Shown here in pieces: positions 27,601 to 45,975 of a stretch of 64,000 nucleotides of DNA. Source of the stretch: the human T2T-CHM13v2.0 reference genome, Homo sapiens; assembly GCF_009914755.1 (NCBI RefSeq), contig NC_060925.1, one strand, 5' to 3'. Positions within the stretch are counted from its first letter, which is position 1, and every line of letters begins with the position of its first letter. Below the pieces are notes generated by a model. It was given only the letters and a program-made list of their open reading frames with translations. It was not told where the DNA came from and made no database searches. The translations under genes were made by a program, and so were the position numbers.

Positions 27601-28302
27601 AGTCTTTTTGTTAGTTAACATAGCTTTTGATGTACTAACCAGATTAGAGGCCCAAGAGTACTGTTAAATTTAAGAACTAAGTTTCCAGCTGTCAATACTC
27701 TTGTCAAGAATCCAGATGATGCTTTTGGAAGAACACATTTTCAGTAACTTGGCATCATGTACTTCCATCATTAGTGAAGAGAGCTTCTTAAATTGAGTAG
27801 ATTGTGTTATACCAAGAGTTTTAATATATTTAATTATTTTTACCCCCATTGAAACTATGTGAGTATGAATGCACATATTTAAGATGAATTAACTTTCTAA
27901 GAAAAGTTAATACTTAAGTGTTAGTATTGAAATGAGATCACTGCTTTCTTTGGGACTCATTAAATTTTATGAAGGCAACTGCCTTGCGTATTGATTACGA
28001 TGTCCCAAATTTCAAGCTGCTTTTTTGGTTGTCATTAAACACAAAGAAATTATCTTTAAGACAGGCAATCCAATCCTAGAAATGTGGAAGCATTAACTGA
28101 GTCAGTGCAATTTGAGGTTCAACTAACAGTCCTCTTGTGATCCTGCACCATTGTTGCACTTTGAACTCTCTCTTCTATTCTCTTCAAAATGCCCAAAGCC
28201 CTTAATGTAAGTAATGGCAATATTGGTCCTTCCTTTCTACCTGCACTGATGTTTGTGATGGTCTTTATAATGTCAAAGGCTTCCCATAAATTCCTAGTTG
28301 CC

Positions 28303-28442
28303 TTTTTTCCCTTCCTTCCTTCTTTCCTTCCTTCTTTCCTTCCTTCCACTCTCTTTTTTCTCTTTTTATCTTCCTTCCTTTCTCTCTCTCTCTCTCCTTT
28401 TTTTCTTTTCTTGTCTTTTCTTTTCTCTGTTCTTTGTTTTCA
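28303..28442. repeat. Polypyrimidine low-complexity tract, (TTCC)n/(TC)n
   Basis: About 140 nt of almost only C and T. Confidence 0.9.
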
Positions 28443-28719
28443 TTCTGTTTTAAGTCACTACTTACCCAAAGATTTTATTGAAGGATCCTAGACACTAAAC
28501 TTTATTTTTGCATCCACTGTAATACTATTTTTTCTTCTGTGGCTGTATGATGACAACTTGAACAACTTTTATCAGCTATTATGGATCTAAACAATTTTCC
28601 AAAAATGTGAAAATACACAGCTTATAAGAGCCCATAACAAAAACAGTGAACTTACCCAATGCAGAAGAGTGTAATAGAGCACTAAGTAGTGAAGATTTTT
28701 GGTGGTATAAGTCACTAAC

Positions 28720-29115
28720 ACTATAGCAGCTTCCCTAGAAAGCAGACCCCAGAAAGAGATGGGAATTACTTTGCAGGCAGTTTATTATAGAGTTTCTAGT
28801 TTCTGGGATCAACATGGGGTGGAGGGGAGGAAGCAGATGGGGGAAAGAGCAAAGGAAAAAGTCTTATGTGATGTGGTCTTGATGGAGGCTTCAGCCATCT
28901 CCACAGGGAGCTTTGAAGCAGAGAGGGCCTTTCAGAGTTGTCCCAAGTTGGGGTGGGTATCCCAGGAATTTATATCCCCATGTCACAGCAGCCATTGGAT
29001 GTGACCTGACTATTTTTAAGAGAGACGATAACTGAGGACTTTTTGCCAGCAACACTCCCAGACATCCTTCAGTCCTAAGGCGAGAGCTGGGTGACGCATG
29101 GCAGCATCCATTCCA
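28720..29115 (-). mobile_element. ERVL LTR (LTR16-like)
   Basis: gaggcttcagccatctccacagggagctttgaagc...ggcctttcagagttgtccc...ccattggatgtg. Confidence 0.65.
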
Positions 29116-31289
29116 AATATTCCCTGGTCAGTTTTATCTTGTGAAATATTCTACACTGCTTCATTGATTGAGAACATGTAATAATGCTTAGAGAATGAGG
29201 AGAAATATATACAGTGTTATTTCACTGATTTGTTTCATACATATATACACACATGCATGAGTATATACAAAATAGTCATTTTTAAGACATAATTTAACTA
29301 TCACTTCTAGTTGTAATTACTTCTTACAATTTACACAGACACACACACAACATATAATTTTGTTATTTCTAAAAAATATTTTCTAAAAAAAATTATGAAT
29401 GCATTGGTAATGAGGGTTGACATAAATAGGCTATATTCCAAAATGCTTATTGAGCAAATGACTAAAGGAGATGTTACATAATATTATGTCTTCTCAGTTA
29501 TGTTTGTATTTAGCTTTGTATCATAGTTTTTCTGTATTTAATCATCTATTCCCACTACCAGTTTACAAAGTCTTGGATGAAAGAGATTCTGGATTGGTCA
29601 TCATGACCTCAGTAACTTGAATTGTGCATTATATATTGAAATACACAATAACTTCATATGCTGGGATAAACTGCACCATTTTAAGGTGCTTCAGGCACCT
29701 CACTACCTATATTATAAAGCTTTTGAATATATTTGTATATCTTTTTGCCATGCAAGTTTTTCTTCTCAGAAGAAACATTTTTTATTTTCTAAAAAGATGT
29801 TAAGCAGAAATTCTATGACATTCCTATGGAACGATACCTTAAAAGTAACGTGTAAACTGCCCTGCTGATTTAACAAGATGGCCCAACAATCTTTCAACCT
29901 GCTACTTAGACCACATGGGTTTCAATTAGTTCCAATTTCATGACAGTCACTTTTTTTTAACATGACCTGATTTAGTGAAAGGTGAGCTGGTCTGAGACCA
30001 CAAATTCACTGAAGATTGGCCAACAAATAGTAAACAGATGGTAACAACATCTATTCAATTCACATGTGGGTTGGAAATCAAACAGTGACCTTAATATAGA
30101 AATCTCCATGCTTTCATTCATTTAGTATCTATTGCTTTCCAAATTCATGTTCAATGTACCTTTTTTTTGAGTATGGAAGATTATCAGTGAAACAATGAAA
30201 CAGTTTTATTTTATATATATATATATTTGTTTTATATATATACATATAGCTTTAATTTTCAAGTTAATGAACGAAAAAATAAAATAGTCACATTTAGAAT
30301 ATGAAACATGTACATTTGAAAACTTGTTTTTCTTAGTGATCCTTTAAATTTAGCAATAAATATACAGAAATACTATATAATGTAATTTTGATATGAATTA
30401 AGTTGACGGTAGTAGCTCATTTTGCCCCAGCATTTAATAAGGCTATATAAAAATCATTTAATGTAGACAGTAGAATGTTATATCCATATGGTCAAGGACG
30501 TTATATTCCTTCTCATTGCTTTGGCTTCAATACTTAGTATAGTGCCTGTTTAATGGTAAGCTCAATAAATATTTGTCAAATAAGTGATTGGGCTTATATT
30601 TCGAGTGGCATTTACTGAATTTGTCAGTATAAAAATCCTGTATGTAGATCCTTCTTAATAAGCCAACATTTACTGAATAGTATTTGTCTCATGGGTACAG
30701 ACAGAGGTGAATGTATTAAGAGTATATTCTCTTCAAAATGTACAATTTATTGCTGGTCAAAATACGTAACTAAAATATCTTTGAAATTGATTTATGTATA
30801 TTATGGTACAAATAAGTGCACTCCTTTCCTGGGTTCAAATTAATTTTGGAAATAAGCAGACTTCTCTTTGCATCATTTAAAGGTACTATATTTCTTTTAT
30901 ATTGAAAATGTTGTGTTATATGTTAAAGGACATAACTTAATGTCATTGGCAGTGTTCTTCATAATTCTTTTAAAATGCGCTAAATGATATTCTATCTGCA
31001 TCATTAGGTTACTGTACAACACTGTCCTTTGAGAGTATGGTTTTGCTATCATTTTTAGTTGTAATTACTTCTCACAAAAACTGTATGGGCTTATTGGAAT
31101 GACTTGATGTGTGAAGGTTGAGAAGACAATGCCTACAGTCACTGTAAATAACCACAGCTTGACTGCGTGACATGTTTATTTCACAGAAGTTCGACCTTAC
31201 AAGGTGCTGTATTTCTGAGTGTGATATTTTAAACCTTTCGGAATTTATGATTTTCTATAAAAGTCTGAATTTAGAGATTTCTTGTAACT

Positions 31290-31505
31290 CGGAGTTTCTC
31301 AGCCTCAGCACTTTTGACATTTTAGACCAGATAATTCTTTGCTCCGGGGGGTGAACTATACATGGTGAGATGTACAGCCACATCTCTTTGTCTCTACTAA
31401 TAGATGCCAAAAGCACCCTCCACTTGAGTGATGAAAATCAAAAACATCCCTAAACATTGCCAAATACCCTGTGATAGCAAAGCCACCCTTGGTCAAAAAC
31501 CACTG
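31290..31505 (+). mobile_element. MER20
   Basis: gtttctcagcctcagcacttttgacattttagaccagataattctttg...acattgccaaat...aaccactg. Confidence 0.85.
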
Positions 31506-32006
31506 CGTCACTTTCTTTTTGTTGCATGTGTAAGTGTGTGTAAAGAAATTCTCAAGAGAATTTTGTCCTCATTGTACGAGGCTCAAAACTGAGAATGTTA
31601 GGTAAAGTGACACACAACCTAAAAAGAAGTGCCATGGGGCCACCAAAAAATAGGAACCAGGCACTCTGTCTAAGGGCTTTCTTGGAGGTAGAACTAGTTC
31701 TACTCTACCGAACATCACCCTCGTTATTCTTCCCATATACGGGGCTATAGGAGAAGAGAATGATCAGAAAGGTTATTCCTTTGCTTTTGAAAGTGTAGCA
31801 TTTGTTGGGAAAGGCTTCTTTACATCAAGAAAGTGCTGAAGGGAGCTCCACCAGCGCCTTCTGAAGAACCCGCTATGAAGGAGTTGATATTAAATTACTG
31901 TATAAATAGACAAGTGGCTTAACCAGTTACCTGTCATTGTGCATTTTTGTTGTTTTCTGTGTTTAACTGTTACGTGTACATCTTTTGAAAGTTCTTGTCT
32001 AATGCG

Positions 32007-32007
<1 letters not shown>

Positions 32008-32042
<35 letters not shown>
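32008..32042. repeat. (TG)17 microsatellite
   Basis: Perfect TG run. Confidence 0.98.
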
Positions 32043-32044
<2 letters not shown>

Positions 32045-33869
32045 CATTTCTTTTGTGCAAACACCAAAGAGTAAACCTTTTAGGCCAGGGAGGAATAGAT
32101 ATATCTTCAAGAGTTTCAGAGCCAGAAGGCATCAAAGGCTAATTAGTGTTTTGTCATAGAAGCATCAACAGGTCCTAAAGATAGGATAGTGACTTTATTT
32201 CATGAAGCTTTTCTCTCTTTCTTCTCTCTGCTCCAAAACACTAGAGCAACTAGGGCCTTATGAGGGTAAAATAATTTCTGCATCTTTAGAATTGATGTGA
32301 GATTAGAGGTTTAAAATGATTTGACCAAGTTTAACTACCAAGGCTCATTAGGAATTAATGAAATATGCCACAAATAATACTACAGTGTGTGATATGAGGA
32401 AATGGCAAATCACTGTTCAAACATACAGGGGCAAAATAAAAATCTTTATCTATGCCTCAAATAGTTGAGACTATTGAGTTAACTTGTTTCATGCAGACAA
32501 ATAAATATATCCACGTACAGAGATACATAAATGTATGTAGATGACAATGGATAGCAAAATTTAGAAATGTAGAAATACAATTTATTTTTTAAGAGACCCC
32601 AACTTAGCTTTGAAACCATGAGTTCTCATGAAGATAAAAAAAAATCCACTTGATGATTATGACTCTACATTATCTTTGTCACTTTTGGTTAAAATTGTTT
32701 TCTTTTTGTAAAATGAACTCAAATTTAATATTCAAACCTAATCAAGTTAAGACTATTTTTCCTCTCTCTTCTTCTGTCTTATTCTGCCCAGGTGAGGTAA
32801 ATGAAGTACCCAGGGGCATATGCACAGTCCTGATACAAATGAAGAGGCATCTGGCCCATGGAGGCATGATTACAGTCATGCTTAGTTAAACAGACAAGCT
32901 TCAGTGTTTCAACATCATTCTTTATCCTCACTGTATCTACTGTCCAAGTCTCTACAGCTGGTATATTGCAGGAAAGTGAAAATTAGGGAGCCCAGACGCC
33001 CCCCTAATGATAGAATCACTGAGATTTTAGTAATGTTGCAGAGGCCTCAACTCAGCTCCGTTCTTCCCCTGGTTCTCTAACGTTGGGCTATTTATCTTAG
33101 AACTTCCATAGACAGTGCAGCTTTGGCAAAGTTTCATTCAGTTCTCTGGAATTTTAACTCAGGCATTTGTAGGCATGCTTCAGTTTTGTTTGTTCAACAA
33201 ATATCTGATGGTGTTTCCCTTTTAGAGTTATTGATAGTACTGCTTGCAATTTTTCTTATATTTGTGTTCTACTTGTTTAAACCCATTATGTAAATAATTA
33301 TTTACAATTTTTAGCCATATAGTCAAACAGACATTTTCAGAATCTATTAATATGATTAAAGTACACCTTCAACCATATATTTGAACTTTGTCCCCAGGTT
33401 TTGTGGTATATATTTTCTAGTAAGCACCTAATTTTACAATGTAATCTAGTATAGGTGTCTAGAAAATGGATGGATTTTATCAAAATCAAGGTAAATGACA
33501 TATGGAGGTAAATATGCAAAAAGTAAGAAATTTGATTAAAATTGTAATCATAATTTATTAGAATTAAAACAAGCACTATAAAAAGCATAACCAGTGCATC
33601 TCTCTATCTTGCTACTCTCTTCCCCAAGAGAATGATTTCTAAAGAAATAAACCTATTATACAGAAAAAGAGATGAGGATGTGATGATTGTTGTTACATTA
33701 TATTCTTATGAATCTATGACAACAGATATCTAATATATAATCAGAATTAATTACTCATAAAAACAACTTTCAACCCAATCAATTGTCAAATTCCATTAGA
33801 TTCTGTCTTTCAAATACACAATAAAATCCATGTTGTATGATTTAATTTTTTTTCAAGAAAAACAGTTTT

Positions 33870-34283
<414 letters not shown>

Positions 34284-34751
34284 TTATTAATATATTATGT
34301 ATATTAGGTTTGGAATACTATGCTTTAAGGAAAAATTCTTCATGCTAATTAAACAATCAAATTGAGTAATTTGAGATGTGTTAGAAAATATTGTATTATT
34401 CAAAAATGATAAGTATATATTTCAATTGACTCGCTTAATTTTTTTTACTTTTTAGAGTATAATGTTATTTTGTATAATTTAAGTCACAGATGCAGATTAG
34501 AACATTACTTGTTATTTCTTTTTTTATTTTGATAACTGCAGTTTCTTTATTATTATTATTATACTTTAAATTTTAGGGTACATGTGCACAATGTGCAGGT
34601 TAGTTACATATGTATACATGTGCCATGCTGGTGTGCTGCACCCACTAACTCGTCATCTAGCATTAGGTATATCTCCCAATGCTATCCCTCACCACCACCC
34701 CCAACCCCACAAGTTGATGTTCCCCTTCCTGTGTTCATGTGTTCTCATTGT

Positions 34752-38589
<3,838 letters not shown>

Positions 38590-38655
38590 TTATTTTGCTC
38601 ATTAGTTGATGCAGTTTCTTCCTAGTCTCGATGGTCTTTACATTTTGGCATGATT

Positions 38656-39095
38656 TTACAGCGGCTGGTACCGGTTGTTCCTTTCCATGTTTAGCACTTC
38701 CTTCAGGAGCTCTTTTAGGGCAGGCCTGGTGGTGACAAAATCTCTCAGCATTTGCTTGTCTGTAAAGTATTTTATTTCTCCTTCACTTATGAAGCTTAGT
38801 TTGGCTGGATATGAAATTCTGGGTTGAAAATTCTTTTCTTTAAAAATGTTGAATATTGGCCCCCACTCTCTTCTGGCTTGTAGAGTTTCTGCCGAGAGAT
38901 CCGCTGTTAGTCTGATGGGCTTCCCTTTGTGGGTAAACTGGCCCTTCTCTCTGGCTGCCCTTAACATTTTTTCCTTCATTTCAACTTTGGTGAATCTGAC
39001 AATTATGTGTCTTGGAGTTGCTCTTCTCGAAGAGTATCTTTGTGGCATTCTCTGTATTTCCTGAATCTGAATGTTGGCCTGCCTTGCTAGATTGG
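38656..39095 (-). pseudogene. L1 ORF1 C-terminal part
   Basis: NLARQANIQIQEIQR...REKG...ARREW...YPAKLS...NRYQPL, with a stop a few codons early. Confidence 0.93.
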
Positions 39096-39199
39096 TATTT
39101 CTATTTGTGTTCACTATTCAATTGCTTTGACTTTTTATATGTTTGAAAATTTTGACAATAAAATATTTGAAAAATATTTATTTTTATTTATATTACTGA

Positions 39200-39778
39200 A
39201 ATATTGTGGATCTCATTTTTGCCATGCAACAATACCACCACAAATTTCACAGCTGAAGACAGCACAATTTTACTATGTATTTCAGTGGGTCATAAATCTG
39301 GGCATGGCCAAATTGTTTTTTGCATCCAGGTCTCACATATCTGCAATCAAGAAGTTGTTGGCTAGGGCTGTGGTCTCATCTGAAGTTCAGCTAAGGGAGG
39401 GTTTACTTCTAAGTTCACTTGGCTTTTGGCAGGATTCAGTTTATTGAAGACTATCATTCTGAGATCCTCAGCCTCTTGCTTGCTGGAAGCCACAATCAGC
39501 TGCTCACTATTTGGACCTTCCAATTGTACAGCTTATTTCATTAATTCCAGGAAGGGTGAGTATCAACAGAGAGAGTCTTCTAGTAAAACACAAGTAATGA
39601 TTTTAAGTGACATAATCATGGATCTGACATTCCATCACCTTTGTCTTTTGCCATATTCTATTAGTTAGAAGCAAGTCATAGGTCCCACCCATACTTAAGG
39701 GGAGGGAATCACACAATGGCATGAATACTAGGTGATGGGGAAAATTTGGAAGCCATTTTACACTCTGCCGTTCAAGAC
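39200..39778 (-). mobile_element. MLT1E/F-type MaLR LTR
   Basis: ggctagggctgtggtctcatctgaag...gccatattctattagttagaagcaagtca...aaggggaggg. Confidence 0.75.
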
Positions 39779-40819
39779 ATTTTTATTTTCATTGGTCTTA
39801 GAGAATGAACTTCATGCATTTTTGAAGTAATTTTATAGAGCCTGTTATGTTCATGTTACATGCAACTTTGGCTCACAGAGTACAAATGGTTTGTAGTCTT
39901 TGAATATTCACTGGTAAAAAGAGGTGTGGTTTATAAATGACTTTTGCCATAGGATATCCATTTTTTTTGCCTAACATATTTTCTGGGTTATTTATAAAGA
40001 GAAAGAGGAAAACTTGCTTTCAACAATGAGTACATGTTAAATGTTATAATTTAGAATCTTAATTATATATTTTGAGATCAGTATGGACATTGCAAAAATT
40101 ATTTTTAACATCTGGCACCAAAGGTTAGTTTATTTACAAAAAAACAAAAAATGAAAAACAAAAAAAAAACAGAAAAAAAACAAAAAAACTGCCTTTGTTT
40201 AGTCCAGGAATTACCTGCTGGTATTTGAGATTATAGTTTAGAAGGCATCAAATACCTACCTACCTACATACATACATACAAATAAAATACAAGTATAAAC
40301 AAACAAAAATAGCTCTTCTGCTTAGAAAATAAAAAGTGCTGAGTCAGATGAAATACAAAATAGGAGAGAGGGGACTGAAACAGGCTGATTTATAATAAAA
40401 AAGCACAACGTTTATGGACTAAATTAGTGAGATATTTGAGTGCTCAAGAACTTTTAGTACTAAGGATTCTATTCTTCCATCTTTTTGTTAAGTTTCTTAC
40501 ATGCACAAATGTTTTTATAAGGTGACCAAGATTAAGTTACAAAGTACCATAGTAAGTTTATCTTTAAATTTATTGAAGATATGTGTCAAATGACATTTAT
40601 GGATAATGAAGAAAAAATAGATTGAATTTAAAATCTGGCAAGATGAAGACTAGAGAGTAACTCATGTGAGGTGGGATTCCAGGAATTTTGAGGCTGAGGT
40701 TAAAAAAAAAGCCACCTTCCCCTCCACTCCAATTTATAGAAATCACAATAAACCCTTGGGCATTCTATAGAAGTCATCAAAGGACAAAGAAATTTCAGGC
40801 GAATGAAGCTCAAATTTAC

Positions 40820-40980
40820 AATGACTGTATGAAGGGGATATTCTAATATTTGTCTTACAATGCAGATATTGAATCTTGGGAATGATAATGATTTGCCCAA
40901 GATCCCCCAGTAAGTAGTTACCAGACTAGGATTCAAATTTGGGTGAGTCTAAGTCTACATCAAACATTCCTTCCACTGCA
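40820..40980 (-). mobile_element. MIR
   Basis: tgatttgcccaagatc...agtaagtagttaccagactaggattcaaa core. Confidence 0.7.
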
Positions 40981-43913
40981 ATTTATGTGGATACCTCAAC
41001 TGAGGAAACCGGAAGCAGCAAGATGGTTTGAGGAACACTGTGCATTTTATTCCCATACCTTTGTGTGTGCATGTATGTATGTGTGCGATTCATGACCAAT
41101 GAAAATATAAATGGCAGTCTATAATCAAGCAGGAAGTATTTCTGAAGACCAAGACTTACTGGCACTATAGTCAAGTTGAAATGGACTTGGTATGCCACAC
41201 ATTTTTTACTAATTACTATAATATCTAAGTCTAAAAGAGTGGCAAAATTCAAACTGTTCCAACAGGCTCCTTTTTGGCATGTGATATATGACTGTAATAC
41301 TACAAGCGGTCCTTAACAAATAATTTTACTCAAATATTTAATTAAAATAGCATGAGTTTTAAGACTGGAGAGCATAATTTTTATGCATAGGTAACTCATG
41401 ACTGTATTATGTATCTTATGTCCTGGACAAGTTACAAAATGTCATAATTCATTTATCTCTAGCTCTGTTAAAGATTTTTGGCAAATTATATGTAGGTCTT
41501 TTATAAGAAGAATATTAAACATATCAATTTTTTCCAAAATAAACTGATGTTAGTATGCTTGTAAAAATTGGAACTTTGAACACCATTTGAGTAATTAAAT
41601 GAAACGACTTATTAATTCAGAAGAAAAGCTTGCATAAATGTGAACTGGTGTGTGGAGAATAATTAAATCGTAATTCCAAAAGGTTAATGTAGCAATTTAC
41701 TTGTCCTGATTTTTAAATTTAGGTAATAGTGCAGATTTTTGCAATATGGCAAACGAATCTATGACTTATTTTCCAATATGCATGGGAATTGTACATCTGT
41801 GTTGAGTTTTTTATGTTACCCTACAATAATATATTTGATATCAATTATTTTTATATACTGTGTACCAAATTGTATTGGTATTTAGGTTTCAATATCTTAT
41901 AACTATTCCAAGTATGATAATAATACAATCAATTTATATATAAGTTGACTGATGAATGTCCTTGCAAAAGAACAGTTAATAATTATGCTGTAGCAGATAT
42001 TTAATTGTCCTTATTTACCATTCTTAGAGTCTCACTTAATTCTGGGCACATCCCAACTCTCGAATTTTGTTGATTTCATTTTTATACATTTTCTTCTTTG
42101 ACAACATATAGTACTAATCAGCTTTCTGGAAAAAAGAAGATGAATATATTTATTTTCTTTATTTTCGAATGATAAAATATATGAGGAAACTCTTATTTAC
42201 CAAATTGAATAAGCTATAAACTGTCACAACCAAAATTAAGACCCATAATATGTTCTTATATTATCATTACAGTATATATTTTAGTTCATCTTCTACTATT
42301 GTTATTACCTCATAGTTGAGACTGGGAATGCCTTTCCATTTAATTTTTATAGCATAATTCTAAAAGGTAGGCATGTGTAGTATTTAAATTTGTATGCTGT
42401 TGCATTTTATGAGTACAATGTGATTTAGAAATCAATTTGCATTTAAAAACCTCTTGCTAAAAAGTAGAGTTTTTGAGAATCAGCTTTATTACTTTGATAA
42501 TAAATGCATTTATCAAATATTATTCTTAAAGCATTTATCTGATAAAATGCACTAGATAATAAAATAGTCTTTTGAGAATTTTAGTGGTATATTATTGGAG
42601 AGCTTTTTAAGTCACTGATGTTAAGTATATTGACTAACCTATATGGCAATTTAATAGCTTAAATTTTTAATATAATTTCTGCTGATAGTGGCAGTTGAAG
42701 GAATTTGCAAATGGATTCACAAATATAAAATTTCTGCACAGCGTGTCGATAGCTTCTTCATTTATATTATTTACTTTCTGTGCATTAAGCTTTACAGATG
42801 CTACATGTTTCTACCTAAGACTTTTTTCAGGAGACAAAGCATAAGAAATATAAATCTCTGATGAGAGTCTCGTAATTACTAGATGATAATGGGACGTACG
42901 GAATAATAGCAGGAAGAAATGTGAGGGTCAAGAGTTTTTGCTTCCAATCTCTATTTTTTCATCTCACACTTCCTTATCTAATGTGGCAAATCAAGCATTA
43001 AAATATTGGCAATGAGACAGAATTTAAAGATTAAAAAGTCATAAGAAAATACACATCAAAAACAAAAAAGAGTCAGACAATAGATACCAAATATATAGAT
43101 TTTAACAAAAAGATCCATGATTAGCATTAATTTGAATTGATGTCTTTCTATTTACTCCTTCAATTCTACTCTAAATATAAAGACTTTCTCAGAGATATTG
43201 TTCTTACTGCTTATTCTTCTCATATGGTATTCAATTTTATAATATTTTTGTTTCAGATATATATACACACACATATATACACATTCATACATATGCAATT
43301 CTGCATGATTATCTTTAAGGGAGTTTTAATTATTTTTTGTGTCTTTACTGCATTAATTTCTAGTTATCCATGCAGACATGAGCTGTAGGTGCTATCCAAA
43401 TGCTCTCTAAAACACAACAGAAATGACATGAAGTCTATTTATTTGATTTTAAAGTAGTTCTTTTTGAAATACAATAGTAAGCAATATTAAATATGTTAAA
43501 GACATTATGGAAATCTAGATAACATCACATAAGCTTTTATTTTGCAATAAAACAGGATTATAATGTATACATTTAAGACAGAATTATAGAATTTAGCTTT
43601 TTTACAGCTTTTGCAATAGATAGTAAAATAGTATATTAATAGACACAGAAACACCTTGCTAATAAATAATTCTGTTTTTTTAAATTTATGATTTTATTTC
43701 TTTCATCAATTGGTATTTTAATTTAGATATTTGTTTACAAATTGACTTATTTGATATGTCATCAATGAAACACAATTTCTCCAATTATGACAATATTTTC
43801 ACTTGTGTAGGAGCTTTAGGCATGAAATAGGACAGAGAGATAGAAGAAACACTTGAAGTAGGAATGTTTTAATTAAGTAGTTAATGAGGTTTCTAAATCC
43901 CTTAAAAATTCTG

Positions 43914-44162
43914 GGCCAGATGCATTGGCTTACACTTTTAATGCCAGCACTTTGGGAGGCCAAAGTGGAAGAATGGCTTGAGCCTGGGAGTTCAAGACCA
44001 GCCTGGGCAACATAGCAAGTCTCCAAAATTAAAAAACAACAACAAAAAAAGCTGGGCATGGTGCTACATACCTGTAGTTCCAGCTACTTGGGAGGCTGAG
44101 GCAAGAGGACCTCTTGAATGCAGGAGTTCAAGGCTGCAGTTGAGTATGATCATACCACTATA
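43914..44162 (+). mobile_element. AluJ, 3'-truncated (no tail)
   Basis: gcttgagcctgggagttcaagaccagcctgggcaacatagc and ggagttcaaggctgcag. Confidence 0.88.
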
Positions 44163-45140
44163 TGGATAACAGTGCAATTTATAGTAAATATTGAACTCTA
44201 GTAATAAACTTTGAGCAAATTGATGACTGTGTATGCTTTATTTTTACATAACAGGTACTTGCTGAAATTTATCCTTCTTCCTCTGAAAAGTATTTTTAAA
44301 TAAATTCCATTATTTACTTTCAAATTCACTATTTTAATATCAAAAAATCAATTCTATGATTACTTCACCATCATTTCCTTTTTGGCATTTGATGAAGCTT
44401 TATGTATTATTTTTGTGTTGAGGCTTATGAAAAAACAGATGTTGATATATGCAAACACACACATGCACTTAAAACTTGTTTTTTTTTTTTTTTTCTAATA
44501 TAAGCTAGATGGAGAGGCAGGGTGAAATTACTTATCTCTTAAAAATAGATATACATTGGGGAAATCTTCAGTCCCAAAATACAATTATTGCAGGAATTTT
44601 CCTTTGTATTTTCTAGAATTTAGCTGGAAGCACAGTGTTACTAAACTAAAGAATGATTTGTGCTGTATTACTAGTAACAATTGTCCATGTTGCCTTCTAA
44701 TTTCCAAATCATGATGCCAAATGATTAACAGGAACAGCTAAAATCAACAAAGGAAGCATGATTATAAATAACTATTGACAATAGGAGAACTCTGAGAAAA
44801 CATTAATTTTTCTATTCATAATTTAATCATCTGAATAACTACTAGAAGAAAAAACGCTAAGCCACATGATGAAGCTCATGTAGAAATAATAAAGGTGCTA
44901 TTAACCGGCAGTATGAAGAAACTAGGCAAAATGAGTATGTTCCTCTTACATTTGACTGGTACCTTCATTCATTTTGATATTGATAGGGGCTAGATAATAA
45001 AATGCTTTCACACTTCCATTTTTTAAAAAGTTATCTTCTATAGTACTTTAAAGCTTTAGGGCCATAACTTGACATTATAGACACAATTTAATTAATAAAT
45101 GTGCATGAATAAATAGGATCAGAATAAAATTTGTTTAGAG

Positions 45141-45322
45141 CAGTATTTCTCAAACTTTAGATTTTCTAAGGATCACCCAAAGAGCTTAGTTAAAATATAC
45201 ATATCTAGTCCTCATCCTTTGAGACAATGATTTGGTCAGTCTTGTATTGAGCCCTAGTAGTTGCATTTCTTACAAACTCCCAGGTGATACTGACACTGTT
45301 GGGATAGTATTTTTAGTCAGTG
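45141..45322. mobile_element. MER5A-like hAT element
   Basis: cagtatttctcaaacttt...ttgcatttcttacaaactcccaggtgatactga; Charlie-type target gtttagag on the left. Confidence 0.75.
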
Positions 45323-45764
45323 TTTAAAATATTATCTTTATTTGTGTCTTAGAAACTCCTTTTAGTGCTATTTTGTGGTATAGATTGTGAATCATGAGAG
45401 AAAGGTTATGGTATATTTAATAGTTCTATTTATCAATGCCTGTAGACCCAGGTTAGAGACAAGTCATACAAACAAAAGATGAAACCAAAGGGTTGAAGTG
45501 CTTAAAATGCTAGACATCCATGCATTTAACATTTAATAAACATTATTAAACACCAACTATAGGTTTGTGCTTGTCAATATGTGATGAACTCCAGAAGCTT
45601 ACACTCATTCAATGGATAAAGATATCTAACAGTTACTGGATATCTGGTGATGATCAATGAAAGTACCTGTTTTCAGACACTCCTCTCACTCTCCTGCTTT
45701 TCTCCTTGAAATATCCTTAAGGTATCATCTCATGGCTAGTTAATTTTCCCCGGCAGGCTCTGGA

Positions 45765-45975
45765 GTGGTGACTTGTGGTTAAGACCTCAGGCTTTGGAAT
45801 AATATTGCCAAAATTCCCAAAAGGGTTTATATCAAGAGTAATCTACTAACATGTTATTTGGCCTGAGACTGGAAACATAACTTTCAGTGTTGATTTTACC
45901 ATCTATAAAATGGGGATAAAGTACTGAGTACAGTGTAACACAGAAAGCCCTCCATAAATCTTAATTATTATCATC
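45765..45975 (+). mobile_element. MIR
   Basis: gtggttaagacctcaggctttgga...catctataaaatggggataa. Confidence 0.6.

Noticed and set aside
28100-28300. Possible CR1/L3 remnant (RIEERVQSATMV resembling LERVQRRATKM)
   Set aside because: Similarity too short to support by eye
32755-32805. Plus-strand polypyrimidine tract + AG followed by GTGAG|gtaaat (possible microexon)
   Set aside because: A 5 nt non-frame-preserving exon with no other support
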